The notes below the pieces were generated by a model. That model saw only the letters and a list, made by a program, of their open reading frames with translations. It was not told the origin of the DNA and did no database searches. A program made the translations under genes and the position numbers. A stretch of 55,627 nt of DNA, filler included, from Sphacelaria rigidula (taxonomy: Eukaryota), in NCBI GenBank assembly GCA_964200075.2. It is 6 parts of 6 records of this genome, joined end to end, with 100 filler letters (N's around TTAATTAATTAA, not from the genome) between each part and the next. Parts side by side here need not be neighbours in the genome. Positions count along the whole stretch, not along the records: positions 1 to 9,188 come from CAXNAA020009095.1; positions 9,289 to 18,476 come from CAXNAA020009096.1; 4 more parts are not named here. One strand, 5' to 3'. Positions 1 to 10,340 of the stretch are shown piece by piece (the stretch's first letter is position 1; each line of letters begins with the position of its first letter).

Positions 1-5
1 CCCCC

Positions 6-121
6 TGACACCGTTTGGAACCAAATACAATCGCAACGCAAGTGTGGAAGGATGTCTGATACAATTATGAGCCTCTGTTTTCGTGCAACCAAATACCCCC
101 CCCCCTATCGCAGGATGGCTC
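6..121 (-). mobile_element. Partial copy of the GAG...CTC-ended MITE (same family as 8668-8940 and 10085-10340), truncated at the window start
   Basis: Reverse complement matches the left half of the 8668 copy; ends in CTATCGCAGGATGGCTC, a variant of the family TIR CTATCGTAGGATGACTC. Confidence 0.75.
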
Positions 122-290
122 CGCTGCTATGAGGTAGATCGTGAACGAGCTAGTATTGGCAAAGCGAGAAGTGTGCGGTTCTTTTAGATAACACGCGAAT
201 GGCAGATTGTCAGATAAACAACCTTGCACTATCTCTTGTGTGTGTGGGGGGGGGTGGCCGCCTTTGCGTACACACGACTACTCCGCCGCA

Positions 291-640
291 ATGATATGGT
301 TCTGAAACTAGCTTCAGCTGGTTTCACGATGAACTCTGGTGTTCTGTAAACACTCTATCAGCGCTATGATATTGATAATGAACAAGCAAATCTTGGTAAA
401 GTGACAATTATGTGTTTATTGGAAACACGTTATTCGTCGATAGAGGTGGTAACAATTGCACCTTTTCGGGGGGTCCATGATAGGCAGATTCGATGGTGCG
501 ATGAGGTGGTTCTGAAACTACGTGACCTTGGTTTAACGGGACAATAAACCAGCAATTCTTGGCAAAATTGACCTATTTGTGTTATGCTCAAAACACGTGA
601 TTCGTAGATTTTGAGGCGGAAAACGTTGCACGTTTTTGTG
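291..640. repeat. Diverged ~210-bp tandem duplication
   Basis: TGGTTCTGAAACTA...AGCAA(A/T)TCTTGG...AAACACGT(T/G)ATTCGT occurs starting near 297 and again near 507. Confidence 0.6.
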
Positions 641-937
641 GGGGGTTATCGTAGAAAGTGTCATACATATGTGAGGTTCATACAGTATACACACCATAAC
701 CACACGCTTGAGGTACTTAGCATGGCTGTGTGTACATACACTGGCATTCAGTCTATGGGATTTGAAAGCAGCCGAGGCTGTTAGGGACTTCGATCCCCTT
801 CCCCAATTGACATATGAAATGTGGGCAAGAGGATAAGCTTCCAACAATTTCTGCTGTCTCTCGATTCTCATCCACTGATACGCGGTACAGTACGAGGGAC
901 TTGAACAGCAGAAGCTGCTCGCAAATAAGTCTTATTT

Positions 938-1170
938 TGCCCAATTTCAGGTATTGGCGGGCAAGATGGGGATTCATTTTGAATAGCTTCTGGTGTGCAA
1001 ATCCCATCTGCGAGTGTATATGGGATTTGCACAACCTCTGCTGTTCGAAAACAAATCCTTTTTGCTCGATTCCAATAATTTGGAATTAGGATTTATTTCG
1101 AACAGCAAAGGCTGTAAATTGGAACCGGGCAAAAAGGATTTATTTCGAGCGGCGGATGTTGTAAAAATTC
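938..1170. repeat. Overlapping imperfect inverted repeats built from a ~50-bp unit (foldback-like)
   Basis: Perfect 14-bp stem TGTGCAAATCCCAT (994-1007) / ATGGGATTTGCACA (1020-1033), extending imperfectly to ~938-1090; 1025-1075 is also inverted relative to 1118-1166. Confidence 0.7.
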
Positions 1171-1640
1171 CAGATTTCCATAGCACTTATGTCTCCAAAA
1201 ACAATCCCGAGGATTTTAATATCGACATAGACCTTCGAGGGCCACTACATTGAAAATCCTCTAGAGAATAACGAATACCGAAGATCCTGTAGGGGGATTT
1301 CAAAACGGACGGATCCGAGGATGACGTTTGAAAATTCCTCTACGAGGTAGCCGAATGGTCGCGTGTGCACCCTGATTATATACTGACAGAAGTATGGCCC
1401 GTCGCACTACCTTTAAATAGTGTGGATTGAGTTGTTGTCCTTCGATTTTTTATGTTTGACGATGCACGACTCTGTGCTGAGGTCGACGCACGTCTCTCGC
1501 CATAGCGACATAGATCCATCGTTGAGGCCCGGGGGTCAAGAAACGATTGTGGCGAGGGGAGCGCGGACGTATAATCATGCAGCTGCGCGATACAGGAGAC
1601 GAACACAGCAGCAGGAGCTGCACCAGCCGTTTACATCGAC

Positions 1641-1870
1641 TAGACTCTACCCTTTTGTTGCAGATCTCCTTGTAAGCCCCCGGTCAATGTACAGATCTAT
1701 TGACATCTCTACACGGACGAAGAGCGTAGCGGCACACCACGCTCATATATCCCACTAGGCTCTACCCTATTGTTGCAGACTACCTTGTAAGCCGCCGGTC
1801 GATGTACAGATCTATTGACATCTATCTCTACTCGGGCGAAGATCATAGCGGCGCACCACGCATATCCTAC
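1641..1870. repeat. ~115-bp tandem duplication
   Basis: TAG(A/G)CTCTACCCT(T/A)TTGTTGCAGA...ATGTACAGATCTATTGACATCT...CACCACGC starts at 1641 and again at 1756. Confidence 0.85.
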
Positions 1871-4071
1871 TACGTACGTCGTGGCTACCCGTAAAATGCG
1901 CACGCACACAGCCTCGTCTGTTTGCACAGCATCACGCCAGCGACGAACACGTGCCAAGCATGGGAGACGTTTTCTCTCCCCCCCGAACGTCAACACCTCC
2001 CGACCACACGCACCCGACACGCGCATTAATCGAAGCATTGTTCCCACGAGTCTGGGATTTGCTGGGTTCGTCAGGCGCGGATCAGTCAGGCGCAAACGTC
2101 AACGCCAGATTACAGCAGTAGTGGCAGATAGGTCGTGTTAGGTCGCATCACAGCTTACTTGACATGGGGTTTAATCAACGAGAGAAAAAAGGCCCAGAGT
2201 GTGTAGCAGATGGGCACTTTTCTCTTGATTAGACAACTCATACGATACGCGGATCACGGCCCGACTCGTCTGTGTCGTTAAGATATCGCTTTGAAAGCTT
2301 AAATCCGTTTTAAGGCTGGCCCAGCTCGTAGCGGTCTTTTGTTGTCTCTTCTGCATGCTTTCTTCGGATTCTGCAGCCTCCACGCCGTTATCGTACGGTT
2401 CTAAAATTGAATTTCCACGGAATAAATCTCCTACTGGGCAGAACTTTCATCACCTTTACATGTACTCGCGCGGCACCACGCCGTGCCTCGCCTGTTCACT
2501 CTCACCCGCGCACAGGGACATATTCTCAACAACGGCTTTCACCTGCGCTGTCTTCGGTTTATCCACTTTTCACCGCCGTACTCTACCTTGTGATTCGGGC
2601 CCCCGTGCTCACTTGGGCGCGGGGGCCCTTCAGCACCCTAGTATCAATGTTGTGGCATTTGGTATGATACACATACTGCGTTTTTCACGGACGATTGCAT
2701 ACCCATATTATATTTTATGCGCACCTGTGAGAAACGTTTCACAAACGCGTGCGGTGTGCTCAAACCATTTTGTTTTTCTTTGAACCAACTCCTCACAATG
2801 CTGGCATAGCAGGCAAACGCGTATGCATTCATACCGTCGCCCTCAACCTCGCGACTCGCGCGGTTCGGACAACCACCCCCGATTCGATATTGTGATCTAC
2901 GGTAGCGACCACAGCAACCCCAACGACCAGTGAAACCCGTCGTATTTTCAGGCTCGGATCGCTTACTCTTTCGACCCAAGCCTGCCCATTTATCATTCTG
3001 GCGTGCTTCACTCGCATACATAGGGCCAATCATAAAACGGTAAACGTCCCCTCGCGATTGCACCTCGGGCAACGGCTGAGCCCCGCCACATTGATGTTTG
3101 TCCTTTCACTGACGCCACATGCGCCACTTGACGATGTCTTGGAAATATACCAAATCTCACGTTTTCAAATAAGCATACAATGGGGTGATCCAGAGTATAC
3201 GACCGCCTCCAACTTAGGCTGTCGTCTTCTTCCTGTCTTGAATACACTTTTCGTTCGTTCCCCTTTGTCTGCCACAGGCCCACAATCGGGAACTAACGAT
3301 TGTCGGCAAGTCGCCGCGAAAGTACCCTATCCTTTCCTTTCGCTCGACTAGTAAACACATTTCACAAAACTGCATCAATGCCTGCAGGCACGGCTTCAGG
3401 TTCGTGCTGCGGGTACACTGGGTACAATTGGACTATTATGATGGGTTCGAAGGCAGCAGAATCCCGTGCATCATTTGCATGACTCCCAACTGAGCGGTGA
3501 CCAACCCCAGCGTTTTCAGCCAGGAGCTGATCACCCAGGTCTATCTCCAAGTAGTAGTAATCATAGCCAGTTGGATCATTTTTCCTCGGGGGATCGGCAG
3601 TGATGTAGTGTAACTTCTATCGCATCCGGACCAGGATCAACCTGTGGTGCGTTCGCTGTTACGCTCATCGTGGGATGACCAAACCATGGCCACACGCCAA
3701 CCCCCACAAACGCCTAGGTGCGAAGCCGGCCCTGCTACATCCACGCATAAAATAGCGTTGGTGCCCGGTCCCCTTCTATTTGATGAGCGAAATTGTCCGT
3801 CCACGCAGCACAACCGTCACGAACCCTGGCGTTCCCTGGTTCAGCGGGCTGGAAAGGAACACCACGTTACAGCGCTAGTGAAGCGCCATGAGCGTGACCA
3901 CAGACGGACAGTCCGTGAAAACGTTTTAGCAGTCCCCGGAGCAGCCAAACCCTTGGTATGCTATAGGTGTGACCATCGGCGGGCTTCTCCGGATGATGTA
4001 GATATCCCTGATGGCGCCGTTGCACCCGCCCACGGAGATGGTGCACAGGTGTGGGCTCCAATAGATGAAGG

Positions 4072-4400
4072 GTCGTTCAGGCCAATTTTTCCAAGATTTT
4101 TTCAACTGATCAATACCACCCCCTGCCGACCGCTCGCACACTATGTTAGAACCCACCACCACAATAGCCTTGTCATCTCTTGGGACAGAATCCTCGCAAC
4201 AAATGAAGCGTTCGCTTCCTTGTCATGAAAACTCTCCGTCGTTCAGGCCGGTATTTCCCAGATTTGGACGGACTATTGGCGCCCTCTATCAACCCCTCGC
4301 ACACTATGTTAGAAGCCATCACCGCAAAAACATTTACATCTCTTGGGACAGAAACCTCGCTACAAGTTGAGGGTTTGCTTTCTGGTCATAAAAAATCTCC
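4072..4400. repeat. ~165-bp tandem duplication with codon-like divergence
   Basis: GTCGTTCAGGCC...CTCGCACACTATGTTAGAA...ATCTCTTGGGACAGAA...TCTCC at 4072-4237 and 4238-4400. Confidence 0.8.
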
Positions 4401-7077
4401 ATCCGTTTCTTAATCACAAGATAAACATAGTATAGCGACCGACGAACCGTCCTCACCGGACCGTTCGTCCCCTGTTACTTAAATGTTGCCACAACCCGCA
4501 AAGGTAGATTTCTGAGTGATGTATCCAAATGTCTTCCGCCCCGACTCTCGTGGCGGCGGTAGAGTATTTTCGAACTTTGGCGTGTAGTCCGGGTACCACC
4601 AACTTGTGCTGGACCCGCAATCCAGGGATCTGATGGCGTTGCGTACACCATCAGGCCTGTACGAACGGCTGGTAACACCTCAAGGTGCCGCCGGCGCCCC
4701 TGGGCCGTTTGAACGTGTGATGTTCCGTGTGATCGATGGATTTTCCCAGTGCCATATGTACCTCGACGACGCAGTAGTGCACGGTAGCACACCTTCCGAA
4801 CACGTCGAACACTTGGCGCCCTTTTTCGCTCGCTTTTAACAACACAACTTGAAAGTCGCCTCCTCCAAATCCCGCATTGGAGCTACGAGCATCGAATTTC
4901 TAGGCCACTGCATCAGCCCTGACGGGCGTAGCCCAAAGCTTAACAAAGTTCGTTCCGCGCACTTATAGATATTCCCATGCCACGGGATACGTCTCAACTA
5001 CGCTCCTTGCTCGGCGCTTTGAGCTACTACCGGCAGTATTTGCCGAACCTAGCCCAACACAAAAACTCCTCACAACCCTTCTAAAAAAAAGAGTGGACTT
5101 ATGTTAACGTCGGAAATGGAGAAAACTGTGCGTTTACTGCTTGACACGCTTTCGCCACCACCGATTTCGGTTTTCCCAGACTGATCAGCCGCTGAAATTG
5201 GCTCACGTCTTTTTCGACTTCACACAGAATCCTCCCAAATTGGGTTTTGCTTCACGTTGGAACAGGAACAAACAGATGCTGGTGTTCACCCCGTTGTATA
5301 TCTGAGTCGAACCACCTACCCAATCGAACATAACTGGTCGGTCATGGAGCAAGAGGCCGGCGCAAGCGTTTAGGGTGTGCAACGACGCCGTCAGTATTTG
5401 TACGATAATCTGCTTGTGATTCATACAGACCATATGTCTTTGAAAAACCTCGACAGAATGACGAAACACAACGCCCGGACTCAACGCTGGTTTGAAACAT
5501 TGTCCTCTTACAACATCACGCTGAAGTACCGAACAGGAGCTCAAAACACAACTAGTAATGCTGATTTTTTGTCTCGCTTGCCCATACCGGCTCAACCTAT
5601 CGACAGCTCCGCCTTGGGACGCATCACGGATCCCACCGAAGGCATCGTATATGTCATTAGCAGAAACGGTCATAGCGGACTCTAGACGCCACTCTCACTG
5701 AGCCACAACTCGGCGCTTGGCATCAATGGGCTGACGACTACATACAACTCACGCTTCTCCACTAGGGAGTATGCCACCACGATTGTTGTGTCCAGTCTGG
5801 GGTGGAACTAGCACAAACACCAGTGGATATTATCAATGTCGTACAATTGGTAATCGAATGGTTAGTGCTGCAGATGTAGACCCGTCTTGTACTGACTACA
5901 TCCTCCCGGTTCAAGTTCGGTATCTCATCTGGAGTAGAACCCGAGGGCGACGGGCCGCCGAGACGGCCACCACCTCTGCCCCGGACCATCCCATCTAAAT
6001 CCCCATCCCGGTGCCCGATAGTTTCCTTGCGCCCCCTTACCCACTGCAGGCAAGGTCCCCAGAAAATTGACCCCATCCACGGCACTCCCGCCCTCCATAG
6101 CTGAAGCCTCGGCTGTGCCCCCCTTTTGCCGGTGATGGTGTCACCACCGATGCCACATCATCCGATACGCTAGTCGACGGGGGAGTCGAGGACAATGTTC
6201 AGCTTGAAGATGCATTAGCTGCTTGCCCCACCCCAGACCCAAATATCCTTGTTTCGAGTCAAAACAGCTGTGACCCGAACCCCTGCATTTCGGACAGACC
6301 GACGGATATTATATTTATGGAACGTTTGACCCTTTTCTCCCACGCCGATTGGGCCAGGGAACAACAGCCTGGACCGGCTTGTAGAGCGGCTGTACAGTAT
6401 CTATCCCAAGGATGCCAGTCTCCTTTTTCAGCAACAAAATTACTCCTACCCGTTGGGAACCACTAAACCTCCACAGAGGATAAAGTTACTGAACTATCGC
6501 GAATACATATATTTTACACGGATGGCGTCGTTCTTTTAGTTCGCCGGCCCACAGCGCCGCCCCTTTGTGTAGAGAAACCTACAAGTCAACATACCCACTG
6601 GTTAGGGGGTGATCCCATACGGATATATGTTGCGATGCTTCTGCATCCATGGGTCCTACATTAATGCCATTGGGAAGCATCCATATATCGAGGAGTCGTT
6701 GGGACTTCCTAGATGCTTCACCATTTTTATTTGTGGATTTGTATGAATCCGTGCGTACGATGGTGGGTGCGACTTTGTCGTTTATGTCAAGTGCGCAAAA
6801 CTTCGCGCCCAACAGTTCGACGGCCGTTGAACTCCATGCCACTTCCCAACGGGCCTGGCGAAATAGTCTCATGGGCCTACTTTGGTATGTTGCGCCTCAC
6901 TGATAGTGGTAACAAGTAATTTTTGTTGTTTACGGATCGATTTAGTCGACACAATGTGATGCATGCTGTTTCGAAAGCTAATTACAGCGCGGCAGGCACC
7001 GCCAACGTCCTTGTACATGCATTCCACAATGGGATATACCCAAACGATGGTTGTCCGACAACGGCCCGCATTTCGCC

Positions 7078-7187
7078 CATGGGTGGCCACTGGGGTGCCT
7101 GCAACCTCAAATGTGGACGTTACAGACCTTTTGCAACGTCGGTCACGTCCACACTTGAGGTTGCAGGCACCCCAGTGGCCACCCGTG
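7078..7187. mobile_element. 110-bp hairpin MITE with CAYGGG...CCCRTG ends and a 2-bp TSD (CC), inserted in the Gypsy integrase
   Basis: ~43-bp near-perfect TIRs; removing the element plus one CC restores DNGPHFAGKRS, matching DNGQPFSGKRS in the other Gypsy copy. Confidence 0.9.
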
Positions 7188-7381
7188 CCGGCAAACGTTC
7201 TGCCGCGACGAGTAACCTCCTGGGTGCCCATCGCATTTTACTAGTTCATGCCATCCGTCCACTAACGGTGAGAGTGAACGAGTGAATCGTACAATGGCGC
7301 AAATGCTTGCAACGGTGACCGACGAACGACGTCCGTATTGGGAGCTGCATTTGTCCCTTGTTCAGATAAAATGCAACAATT

Positions 7382-7711
7382 AACAGACAATTCTAAAAAA
7401 TGAGATTGTACGATGAAACGAGGGTCACGCCCGTATTAGGGTTTTCCCCACAATTGCGGTGATGGCGCCAGACGACTTTTTTATCAGGGTAATGCCCCTC
7501 GATCGCGTAGATACTTCTTCAACGCGTTTTATCGACTCTGTGAGCTCACAGCGCTGACCAAAACGCGTTGAAGAAGTATCTACGCGATCGAGGGGCATGA
7601 GGCCGACAAAAGGGTCATTGGGCACCATCGCTAAAAGTGTGGGGAAATCCCTGTTCCGGCCTTGAACCTCATTTCATCATACAACCTCATTATTTGATAG
7701 AATTGTCTGTT
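7382..7711. mobile_element. 330-bp foldback MITE, AACAGAC...GTCTGTT ends, 4-bp TSD AATT
   Basis: TIR AACAGACAATTCTA; internal perfect 38-bp inverted repeat 7492-7529 / 7561-7598; removal restores integrase QIKCNNSVNAA (QMNHNDSVHAA in the other copy). Confidence 0.9.
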
Positions 7712-8404
7712 AATTCAGTCAATGCCGCCACGGAATGGGCACCCAATGATGTTCATATTGTTCGTACGCCCAGGTTGCCACTGACGGTGTTCGACCGGAA
7801 ACCTACGGGCGACCATCACAGTTTGGATCGAAATATTACGGAGAACCATATTTCTGTTCGTAATTGTCTTGGTTTTGCACATGAGGTGGTACGAGAGCAG
7901 AAAAAAATCAACGACTCGAAAGTAGCCAGGGCAAACACTGTCTCCGACGATGCGATAAATAGCCGCCTGATATGGAAAGTAGGTCAATGTGCATGGGTGT
8001 TCAACGATGTGAAAACCGTCACTCAAGGCGCTAGCTCCGATACGTCTTCGCTGGATAAGGTGTTGAAGTCGAGACTATCCTCGAACTGGACTGGCCCCTG
8101 AAACTCGTGGCAGTTGGGCCCTGTAATACCGCACCTGGCAATAGTCCAGTAAGCGAGAAACGTTCTACGGTTCGGACGAATCAGAGTTCATACGGGTTGG
8201 CTCCTAATGAATGTTCGAGTGCAGATCATGCACCAATGAGTTATCCGGTAGAAATCATAAATGGTGAAGTTGTATATTCAAGGTCATACCGCACGAATCA
8301 TGGATCGGAAATATGAACACTTCAGGTTGTGTAAAACCAATCAGTATCGAAAAACATGCACAAATCATCGTCCATATACAAATCATTGGTAGAAAACACA
8401 TACT

Positions 8405-9030
8405 CGTGATCCATCCCCGATGAACGAAAGGGTGGGCCACATGTATGTATGAGTCATCCCGCATGAAAACGAGGGAGAAAATATGTACCCATGATTCATT
8501 CCGGATGAACGCAAGGGTAGGAGACCTGAACCAATGATTCATCCCGCATGAACGCAAGGGTGGGTGACATGTACACATGATTCACCCTGCATAAAATAAA
8601 GGAGATACATGTGTACCCATGATTCATGCCACATGAAGGCAAGGAGGGAAACATGTATCCATGATTCGAGTCATCCTACGATAGGGGAGGGGGGGGGGGA
8701 GGGGGTGTTCGATTGCACGAGAATAAAAGGCTCAAAAGTGTGTCAGACGACCTGCCACACTCGCGGTGCGCTTGAATTTAAATCAAAACGGTGTCAACCG
8801 GTATGAATGACCGATATATATATATATATCAATGAGAAGCTCGTTCGAGCAACCATTGCTCCTACCGACGACGATTTGACGTGGAATTTTCGTGCAAGAA
8901 GTGGCCCAAAATACCACCCCCCCCTATCGTAGGAGGATTCATTCATGGATTCATGATGAAAAGGGGAGAAAACGTACCTTCGATTCATGCCCGAGGACGG
9001 GAAGGTGAGAACTATGTACACATGATTTAT
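8405..9030. repeat. Degenerate ~42-bp minisatellite, about 8-9 units, interrupted by MITEs
   Basis: Recurring CATGATTCATCCCGCATGAACGCAAGGGTGGG...ATGTAC-like unit. Confidence 0.8.
8668..8940 (+). mobile_element. 273-bp MITE with GAGTCATCCTACGATAG TIR and 4-bp TSD ATTC (Sola2-like end signature)
   Basis: ATTC|GAGTCATCCTACGATAGGGG...CCCCTATCGTAGGAGGATTC|ATTC. GRG ends with a 4-bp TSD are described for Sola2; the superfamily assignment is inference. Confidence 0.85.
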
Positions 9031-9188
9031 AACAGCCTGGATCCGTTTTTGAGGTTTAACATTTAAGTGAGGTTGAAGTCGCCATCGAAGTTTCCTTTGT
9101 TTCGTCCAATGGGCTCGGGATTCGCGAGCGGGTTCGACCTTGTAACCCTAACCCAGAAGTGTCTGTACGGCAGCCCAAGCATGATGAG
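9031..9188 (+). mobile_element. End of an AACAGCC-type TIR element, truncated by the contig end
   Basis: Starts AACAGCCTGGATCCGTTTTTGAGGTT, the same TIR as 23596; whole stretch is the reverse complement of ~30829-30987. Confidence 0.8.
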
Positions 9189-9288
9189 NNNNNNNNNNNN
9201 NNNNNNNNNNNNNNNNNNNNNNNNNNNNNNNNTTAATTAATTAANNNNNNNNNNNNNNNNNNNNNNNNNNNNNNNNNNNNNNNNNNNN
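9189..9288. other. Artificial contig linker N44-TTAATTAATTAA-N44
   Basis: Exactly 100 bp, core with stops in all six frames, recurs every 9288 bp. Confidence 0.99.
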
Positions 9289-9420
9289 AAGTGCTGATTC
9301 TTGTTTTGTGAATCCTTGTGAATCGGCATCATTTTGACTTGAAAATAACTGAAAATGATGCCGGTTTACCAAAACAAAAATCAGCGCCTCCCTGGGGGTC
9401 TAGTTCCGAAAGGGTAAATT
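9289..9420. repeat. Palindromic interspersed repeat fragment (related copies near 13750-13860 and 14305-14350)
   Basis: GTGCTGATT...GGCATCATTTT [loop] AAAATGATGCC...AATCAGCGC; shares GTGCTGATT..TGTTTT.GTGAATCGGCATCATTTT with 13817-13852, whose upstream ATGACTTTTAGTCGAACCTGAGTTT recurs near 14308. Confidence 0.65.
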
Positions 9421-10084
9421 AGTTCAGTTATCTCCAAGCCTCTGGAGTTGCAAGTACGGTTTTCCGAAACTCTCTGAGACACCCCTCATAACTGACTTCG
9501 GGGGTTTCCGGGCCTGTTTCGGGATCTCCCCACTGGCTGTTCTGCCCGCCCCTTCCAAGTATACCGCCCCCCCCCCCCCCCCCCCCCCCCCCCGAGCGTT
9601 ACTAGGCTCTATCGTAGTAACAAAACCGGGGCGTTGGGTATTGCACGGTATGCACCTAGCGGTAGTTTCCTGTATTACGCACGCTATAATAATATTCTCC
9701 GAAATGCGCCCGACAGTCATACATTTTTTCCCTCCCCGGTTTCCAATCATTACATCCCGCATTCAGTCTAGTACAGATTCTTACCCGTCATTTCTTAATT
9801 CTCTCAAAGAAACGAGACGGAGATCCTTAACCGTGAAATTCTTCACATCTGTCGCGCTCTGTGTTTCGTTCGATCGTCTGTGGTAGTGCATGAGCCGTAG
9901 TATACGGCCTCGACCCCACTGTCTTCCCCTTTGTAGTACGTGAGCCACGGGCGCTATATGCGGCAGATGACCGCGGGATACAAACTTAACCTCAACCCAC
10001 ATCATATCCAAGGTCACCGCGATCCTTTCAGATAACACCCCCTGTATTTCTGTAAGATCCTTGGCGAACTCCTCCACCATCACA

Positions 10085-10340
10085 GAGTCATCCTACGACA
10101 GTCGGATGACGGGGTGTTTGGTTGCACGAAAATAGAGTTTCATAGGTGCGTTAGACGATCTTCCGCACTCGATGTGCGCTTGAATTCAGTCTCAAACGGT
10201 GCCAAGCAGTACGAATAAGCGTTATTCATCCATGGCAACCTCGCTCAAACAAGCATCATTGCTGCTTTCAACACCAAATTGACTTGGAACTTCGTGCGAG
10301 AAGTGGTCCAAAACACCCCCCCCCTATCGTAAGATGACTC
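10085..10340 (+). mobile_element. Second complete copy of the GAG...CTC MITE
   Basis: GAGTCATCCTACGACAG...CTATCGTAAGATGACTC; internal sequence collinear with 8668-8940; TSD degenerate (CACA/CGTA). Confidence 0.85.

Larger units (their letters stand above)
4630..8160 (+). mobile_element. pol: Decayed Ty3/Gypsy LTR retrotransposon pol (RT-RNaseH-integrase), 5'- and 3'-truncated, frameshifted, with two MITE insertions
   Basis: RT TPSGLYERLVTPQG...MYLDD and EFLGH; RNase H IHTDHMSL...RWFETL...NADFLSRLP; integrase WWVRLCRLCQ, FTDRFSR, DNGPHF and LSSNWTGP. The RT-RH-IN order is diagnostic of Ty3/Gypsy; collinear with the 51304-54750 copy. Confidence 0.95.

Noticed and set aside
2171-2383. Homology of ASLKTDL..IL to AKLKTSL..IL near 12810-12850
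   Set aside because: Only a short helical resemblance that I could not extend
3480-3840. piggyBac transposase (TGY..YLEI and TDNF-like motifs, minus strand)
   Set aside because: Motifs are in the wrong order and different frames; no supporting D-D-D context
7384-7709. piggyBac-like TTAA TSD
   Set aside because: Assuming a TTAA TSD leaves 4 extra bases in the integrase frame; an AATT TSD with AACAG ends restores it (a 2-bp AT TSD with TAAC ends is formally also possible)
8405-9030. Possible CRISPR array
   Set aside because: Units are degenerate along their whole length, with no invariant repeat and unique spacers; no cas genes; eukaryotic context
9233-9244. TTAATTAATTAA as a biological motif
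   Set aside because: Identical, N-flanked and exactly periodic, so synthetic
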